A stretch of 58,368 nt of DNA, filler included, from Sluysia triapertura (Eukaryota): NCBI GenBank assembly GCA_046118255.1. It is 4 parts of 4 records of this genome, joined end to end, with 100 filler letters (N's around TTAATTAATTAA, not from the genome) between each part and the next. Parts side by side here need not be neighbours in the genome. Positions count along the whole stretch, not along the records: positions 47,284 to 58,368 come from JBJNIA010189120.1; 3 more parts are not named here. One strand, 5' to 3'. This document shows positions 51,075-58,368 of this stretch, one piece after another (the stretch's first letter is position 1; each line of letters begins with the position of its first letter). The translations under genes and the position numbers were made by a program. The notes under the pieces were generated by a model, which saw only the letters and a list, made by a program, of their open reading frames with translations, had not been told where the DNA came from and searched no databases.

Positions 51075-54000
51075 TCACAAAATAGCAAACTGTTTGTATA
51101 GTAATTGTCGTACCTTAAAGTACGTTGACGACAAACCACCCTCAAATAACAACTTTCCAGCTTCTGAACGTTTTATAGCTACACAATTATCTACTATCAA
51201 AATACCTGCCATAAATTCAGCAGTAAATCCTTCGCGTAATAGTATTTGCTTAAGCTGAAAATAAAATTTTAATGTACAATTCAAATCAAATAAATCGGTT
51301 AATATTTATATAATTGAATATATTTTATATTAAATATATTAGTTCCGTAAAATTCGGATTTATAACTTTCTGAGAAAGAAAAAAATTAGAGTGCAAATAA
51401 TTCCAGATTGTCTGAAACTGAAAATGAAGTGAATGAATCTGATTAATACAAAGAAAAATATTAAACGTAAACGATTTTCATTAGGATCTATCCTGATGTT
51501 TTAGCTTTTCAATTAAAATTGTAGTAAAATTGTAATTTAAGAAATATTACTCCTTCATTTTCTCGATCAAATTTCTACAAATACGATATCAAATTTGGCA
51601 GCAACAATTGTGACATAAGTACGAACATTTATTCCATTGATTTATTATCTATAAAAGCCTCTACTTCGTCTTTAATGTTCAAGAAATGTGCAAGAAATTA
51701 AAATTTATAATGATTATACATTATGTCGATAAGATAAGCATCATTTAAGAGTATTTTTCATTTTTAATTTAAATAAATAAAATTTTTCATAACGAACATC
51801 AGATAATTTCGGTTCATTGATGTACACAGTTTCGTGTTCTGGAACATTGCCTTGCAGTGGCGCAAGAACTGGCATCACCGTGTCAGTAGGTGTGAGTGCA
51901 ACGTCTTCTTCTTCATCTTCACTATCCTCTAATATTGGCATGTTTCCTTCGACCCAAGACAGCTCATATTGATTTATCCGTTGAAATTTCAACCCACTAA
52001 CCAAACTGTCACTCATTTTAGCCTGGAACAAATGTATTTCTTTGGTTAAGTTTATTGGTTGATTACGATGACTCGGCATATGAATAGCGTATCGTGGTAA
52101 GCCCAAAGTTGACTCGGTAATATTGTGACCTCCGGGAGTCATGGATCCATCGTTTCCATGCGCAGCACACAATTGAAACAAATTCTGTTCCGCTTCTCGA
52201 GTTTCTCTGGATACCAAGACCACTTCGTTGGGTTTAAGACGACGCAAAACTTGTCGAAGTGCTTCTAAATCGGCTATTCCCTGAAATAAACAAATCCTCC
52301 AATATTAAAGATGTAAACAACTTTTCTATTTATGAATAGAGTTAATGTTGTGAGAAATGTATATTTAAATATTAGTAATGTCATCAGTGACAGATAATGT
52401 TCCTAATTTGTGGAGCATAATTTATTAAATGCTGAAAAAAGACGTTTCACACAAATAAGTAGTTGCACATATATCAAATCACTTTCACCTTTTGCACAAA
52501 ATATGGAAAATACATTTTATAAATATTTTTTAATTTTAAAAACACTTTCAATATACGAAATGTTTTACAAACGCCAAATTTTTACTAAGTTTAAAAGTTA
52601 TAATAGAAAACTCATTTTTAAGAAATATTTTAACGATTTATTATTATTTTTGACATGATATCATTGTTTTAAAATTAATTGTTTATGAAACATGTTTCAT
52701 TGGACTTTATTTATGTTAACACGAAAGTGTAAAGTTGTTTAAACTGTTGAAAAAAATGAAAATTTGAAGTAACAGAGTAGCAGAGGTTTTCTCAGGTAAA
52801 TTTAAAAATTAAATCTGCATTTGAAGCTTACAAATAACTTCAACAATTTTGAATAAAGAAAGTGGTGAATTTACCAATAGAATTTGTTGATAATTTTAAT
52901 GAATTTGTTTCTAAAGCACAGATACTTGATCGTCTTGGCGAATATAAATTTATGTTTTACTGCAGATGATGCAATTTTACAAGAATTTGAATCTTAAAAA
53001 TATTCGAGTTCAAGAAGTTTTTACAAGCAATGACAAGTTAAATGACATTAAAAAAGAATCATCAAATAATGACGTTTTCATAACGTTGTAAGTGTTTCTA
53101 GAAAGGAATGTTATTCTGCTATTCAATTAATAAAAAAAATACTTCGACCAGCTCGGCATGTGCATGATTTTAAAGCTATTGAAGGTCTGAGTCAAGTCTC
53201 AGAAGTCTTGAAGAAAAATAATATTTTCACACTAGACAAAAAAAACTCCTATTAACCGCCACATTTTTGATGAAGATTTTAGTGGTTTTGAATAAATTAT
53301 TATTTAAATTTTCTTTAATAAAACACCTTTTTTCTATATTGTGTCGTTCATAAAAATTAAGATCGAATGTTTTCGATTACAAAGTTTTCTTAAAATCATT
53401 TATAAAACTAAAGATCTCATGGACTATGTCGTCTGCCTACAAAATTAAGAAATAAAAACCTCAAAATCTTGAAACATAACGCGACATTTCAAAACAATTT
53501 CTTTCGTAGGAATTTTCGATGGTGAAACATTGAGTGAAAATCTTTTAACAGATGTTTGATTTTCGAATGACGCTGTAATATTATTGGTTGAAAGAGATTT
53601 TTCATTTTTAATAGTACTAAACCAATTCATCGAGACAACTTTGGATATTTTATCACTGAGTTGGGATAGAGTTTGTTGGGATAGCACCAACCTGGAAGGT
53701 GTGGCCAGTGACAGTAGAGAAGAGGGTATACCACCGAGATTATTTTGAATTAGCTGTTGGTTTAACTCCCCTGAAATAAAAATGAATTTAAAATAAATCA
53801 TCGAATAACGTTAGAGATACTTCGACAACAATTTCAATCTTATATCTAACGTATAAGTTTTAATGACATCGTATTAATTGTTTTAGCATTTGAATTAAAT
53901 GCTTTGAAAATGAAAGTACAATAGAAAAAAATACAAGAATTTCCCACTTGTCTTAGCAATAAATAAATCACGAAAAACATATTTACATCGCGCATAAGTT

Positions 54001-56932
54001 GAAATAAAATACTTCCGAACTAAATTTTATCTAATTCAGACGTTAAATGTTCCGTGAAAAATATGAATGATTAGAAAGAACGAAGATCACGCTAGAAATT
54101 CAGAAGCAAAACTAACTCATTGCATAAGCACTACCATAAGTATTTAGATAAATAGGGTCATTATTATCTATCGGTTCTCCATAAGCATCCCATGATACTT
54201 TAGTTTCTTGATGAGGATAAATAAGTTTCTTCCTTGTGTGCTGCTGCTGCTGATGAGAATGATGACTTACAATATCAAATCCTGGAACGTGTATCCCATA
54301 CGTCTCAGTACTACCATCCCCAACAGACTTCCATACATTCCCTCCGAAAGTACCCGCACTACTTACACTAGCACCAGAAGGCACCAAAGAACCACTACTT
54401 GAAGGTGTAACACTGCTACTCACACTTGCTGACATTTGACCACTCACTTCATCTTTTATTCGTTTCGGTTTGATTGAAACATCAATGTCACTGTCATGGG
54501 ATCGTTTTTTTAGTTTCCAATCTGATTTGAGTTGTTCTTTTTTCATATTAGAAATTTCTTCACCTTCATCGGAACTACTGGAGCTGCTTTCCAGATCTCC
54601 GTCAATGCCGAAATTCCTTTCTAATAATAATGATAATAATAATTGCATCATCTACAAGATTAAGTCTAATCGAATAAATATTTACGAAAAACGAATTATG
54701 TAGATTATTACATTAGGATCTGTAATAAATTGTATTCAAATATCGGCAATGCAGTAATCAGTTCCAGTTGAATTCAGTATAAAATTTAAAATTTTATACA
54801 AATTATTGGTGTCCCAAAAGTAACCAAACTGCAAACTTAAATAAAAATTAGATATCAAAAGCGACAATTTAATAGGTATATTTAGTATTTACAATATTCA
54901 AAATGTCCAACTTGAACTTCAATACACGCACGACATCTTTTGACAACTGTGCAACATACTTTCTGGCGATTCTTCACAAAATTGTACAAAATTCTAATCG
55001 TTTAACCGGGTTATCCAAATTTAGGGCATGAAGAAGATTAGGTCTGTATGGTTTTAGACCAATGTCATGCAAGACAGGGTGGATTGAGGTTCGAGAAATG
55101 TTCAGCTTTTTCGATGCCTGATGGATAGATTTTTTAGGAGAATGAACAAATGCAGCTGTGAATATATCCTAGTTTTCAGACGAATGAACTGTTTTCGGAC
55201 GACCTTATTTAAGAGCATTTGATACACTTCCAGTTACTTCAAATTTGAACATTGTCGACATACTCGGTATTGGTGTTTTGAAGTTTGCTTCCCATCTTTC
55301 TTCAACATGCTTGTACCTAGTCCTTGCATAGTAATTCTTAATAACGAAGATACGTTCATTTAAATCTAAAGTCCTTCGCTGCATTTTTAAGAATGAGGAT
55401 CCAGAAGTGCAAAATCCGTCAATAACATCAGGACAAAATCAATAAAATCGCGAAAAAGTCATTCCAAAAACTACTATTCGCAGAAGGAAATGAATGACAT
55501 AAAAGAAATTACACTTGCCGTTAGGATATTATTTGTAGAACCATAAAAATTAAAACGTAACAAATGGAGAAGCCATTTAAAAAGAATAATTAATATTATT
55601 TTTAATCACATATAAACCGAATCTAACCTAGATGAAATTCTGTTTCCTGATTTGTGAAACAGTTTTCCAATTGTAACACACTGTAATCTGGAATTAACAA
55701 CGTTAATGGACCAGTAGAACAACGAGTAGACTCAATTTTACTGAACAATTGACTAGCTACACAGTTTTCTCTCGGTCTTTCTGTCATTATCACTAAGTTT
55801 CGCGAATCGCCAGCTATATCTAATAAGACGTCTTGTGCCAAGCCATAATTTAAATGACCTTGACTCGTAACAATCACTTTCGGATCTGGAACTTCTTCTA
55901 AATCTGCCAATGTATGGCAAACACGTGTATAACGAAATTCAAATGGTTTAGTACGTAATTCTTCAAATGATTGCATAACACGTTCTGACATCCATTCAAC
56001 AAAACTTTGACAGCTTTCAATAACATTATTTCCAAACATATTGAAAAAAACTAAACCATATGCCATTAAACCAGAATTTTGATTGTGCCAAAGATTTTCT
56101 AATAAATATGCTAATTCTAAACAACGACCTGCTGTATCTGATAAAAACAATATACTGCCGTCTTTTCGAAGTGTTGCCAATAACAATCGTTTCATGTGTT
56201 CATCTCTTTTGGATCGATGCATGGCATGTTGCTTATCGCTTCCAGGATAGCAACCCATAATTAGAAGTTGCGGGCGAGGGATATTATCAAATAATGCCCC
56301 ATTCAAGTGTAATTCCTGTAAAAAATACATTAATTCAAATATTTCACTTAAAAAACCTTTTTATGATTAAAATCCATTGCGTAAATAATTTCATTATCAT
56401 CTTTACAAATTCTCCATATTGCACCACCAAGTGTACGTCCAGCTAAATAAGGTGTTACTGCTACTCCAGAACCTTTTCCATGCAACATTTTTGTTTCTTG
56501 GTATTTCAATTTAACTACTTTATCGAAAGCATCATCTAAGTCATCTTTAATATGTTTTATTTATTTAACAATTTTTTTACCTAGACTAAATTTTTGTTTA
56601 GTTCCATCAGTTGTTTTATTAATCAAAGCATCATAAACTGTTAAGTGACCCATTCGTGCTAATGGAAATGTAGTGTAAACAGGACAATTTAAGCCATGCC
56701 GTCCAACTAAATATGCCAATGCACCTAAATGTCGTACATCAGAATGAGAAAGAAATACTGCATCGATTAACTTCGTATATTTTGCCACTTGCTCAACATA
56801 ATCATCTGAAAAATTTGAATCCCAACCACAGTCTAATAAACAATGAAAATCATCTATTTGCAACATATAACAAGGTGGATCTCGCTCATGAATACCAGAG
56901 AACACATGCAAGCGAATTATTGAAGTCGACAT
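51075..56932 (-). CDS. CPSF2: Cleavage and polyadenylation specificity factor subunit 2 (CPSF100), complete
   Basis: Phase-consistent exons: 56932-56581, 56544-56357, 56315-55628, 54620-54117, 53770-53460, 52280-51798, 51254-51075. They encode MSTSIIRL..PPCYMLQIDDFHCLLDCGWD, LSHSDVRHLGAL, DFNHKKELHLNG, DTAGRCLEL, VEWMS, WDAYGEPI, DFEG, INEPKLSDLKQILLREGFTAEF and VRQLLYKQFAIL-TGA. Confidence 0.95.
54808..55522 (-). mobile_element. Internally deleted Tc1/mariner (DUF4817-type HTH) element in a CPSF2 intron
   Basis: From ATG 55384: ERIFVIKNYY..KFEVTGSVSNALK*GRPKTV..SPKKSIHQASKKLNISRTSI..LKPYR..KRLEFC, followed directly by the C-terminal KRCRACIEVQVGHFE. The DDE core is absent. TIR remnant at 54808. 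Confidence 0.85.
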
Positions 56933-58316
56933 TAATTTAATATAATTCTCATAAATATGTAATATATAATTCCAAAATCTTTAAAAACAGATATTTAAAA
57001 TACAATACAATAAAAATTTCTAGTTTAGCAAATAAAAATTACACTTAAAAATTATATTGTTTAGCATTAAAACAAAACAAATAATTTTAATATGCACTTT
57101 TATTAATTGTTAGTACAAAATGCATTATAAAAATAACACTCCTTTTATACAGTTGAAGCTAAAAATTATTTTCATTAAGCTCATTTGTAAATCGTTTAAA
57201 TTGATTTTTTACTTATATAACAAATGTCCAATTGTATGTTTACAGACAACATTCTTAAACCATAATTAGAGATAATTATTTTATTGAATAAACAGAATAT
57301 TTCTGATAAACATACAAATCATAAAATTCTCTCATTCATATTATCAATTATTTTATATTAAATAATGAATATTTTTTCAAAGTCTATGTATTGGGATTAC
57401 AGATCGAATGAGTAAGTTAAACATAGAATCGGACAAATGCATAAAAATTTGACAAAGAAAACATAAATAAATATCAATGAAAAGGAAAAGACTAAATTTC
57501 TTTTAAATATCGAAGCATGCCCTCGAAAATACCTCCATAATAAATGTATAATCATTGATAATAGTAGATTAAAGAAAATCACATTATAAAATTGGTACCC
57601 AGAGTGAGGACCAAAATTAAATAAAGTATAATTTGAGTTTTATTTCATGCTGAAAATAACTTAAGTTTATTTAGAGTTTATTTGTATTCATATTTATAAG
57701 TTGTGATTTTAATTTTTGACCAATAAATTCCTTTGATATTTAAGTCTTGAAATTGTTAAGTTAAGTTTTTGATATGAATATAAGTTTGATTATTTAATAA
57801 CTTTGATTAAAGAATTATATTTACTTATTTCTATTCGAATTAATTTGATATTTAAATTTTGATTTGATCTATGACTTAATAATTGATTGAAAAAATTCTC
57901 CTAATAATTAGTAATCTAAAATTCTCAGAAGAAGCCATTCAGTTTGTTACATATGAAAATCGTATGAAAATTGCATAGTGTACATTTTAAAAATGTAAAG
58001 TATATTATAAAAAATTGTATATTTTAGTATATTTAAAGAATTATTACTTTTAATTTTATGTTTAAGTATTTTTATTTATCAAAATTTTAGTATTTTGATT
58101 TATTAAAGTTATAATTTTATTCAAAATTTATGTTATATTTAAAATGAATTATTTTAATAGTATTTTAATATTATTACTTAAATAATATTAATTGTTGTGT
58201 CTTTTATCACTTTTATTTTCTCAGATTATTAGGTTAGAACTCGATAACTAAATAAACTCAAAATCTCGATATATTCGTTATATTATCACAGAACTACAAC
58301 TAGAATATATAAAATT

Positions 58317-58368
58317 ATGACAATACAAATTATTCTTTATAACAATGACAATACAAATTATTCTTTAT
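58317..58368. repeat. 28-bp tandem repeat at the window end
   Basis: ATGACAATACAAATTATTCTTTATAACA, followed by a second copy truncated by the window edge. Confidence 0.85.

Noticed and set aside
13371-57582. Short F/I/K/L/N-rich ORFs (13371, 19783, 28911, 36081, 39668, 46151, 46207, 52410, 57397)
   Set aside because: Composition expected of random AT-rich DNA, mostly non-ATG starts, no motifs.
1-58368. CRISPR arrays, rRNA, intact tRNA or prokaryotic operons
   Set aside because: None seen; the DNA is intron-containing eukaryotic sequence, and the tandem repeats lack unique spacers.

Overview
Very AT-rich eukaryotic (animal-like) genomic DNA made of four separate contigs (1-17032, 17133-34310, 34411-47183, 47284-58368). 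They are joined by an artificial N44-TTAATTAATTAA-N44 linker, so adjacency across the gaps is not biological. Four spliced minus-strand genes can be reconstructed exon by exon: a cytosolic carboxypeptidase AGBL2/3 (N-terminal part only), TCERG1 (3 WW + 4 FF domains, then premature stops), a sphingosine-1-phosphate phosphatase SGPP (3' end missing), and a complete CPSF2/CPSF100. Introns are bimodal: 32-41 nt, or hundreds to thousands of bp filled with transposon relics (Mos1-like mariner, DUF4817-type Tc1/mariner, piggyBac-like TTAA MITE, non-LTR fragment). This suggests a compact invertebrate genome such as an orthonectid (inference only). The most interesting unexplained signals are: (1) a dispersed, decayed element family with a near-invariant 51-nt structured leader, an unknown ORF and a catalytically altered DEDDh-like exonuclease; (2) an intact chimeric ORF fusing an EMC1 N-terminus to a GLUT/SLC2A fragment; (3) stop codons in TCERG1 just before an intact splice donor; and (4) several hairpins and inverted duplications. 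All family assignments are by-eye comparisons with remembered consensus sequences, not database searches.
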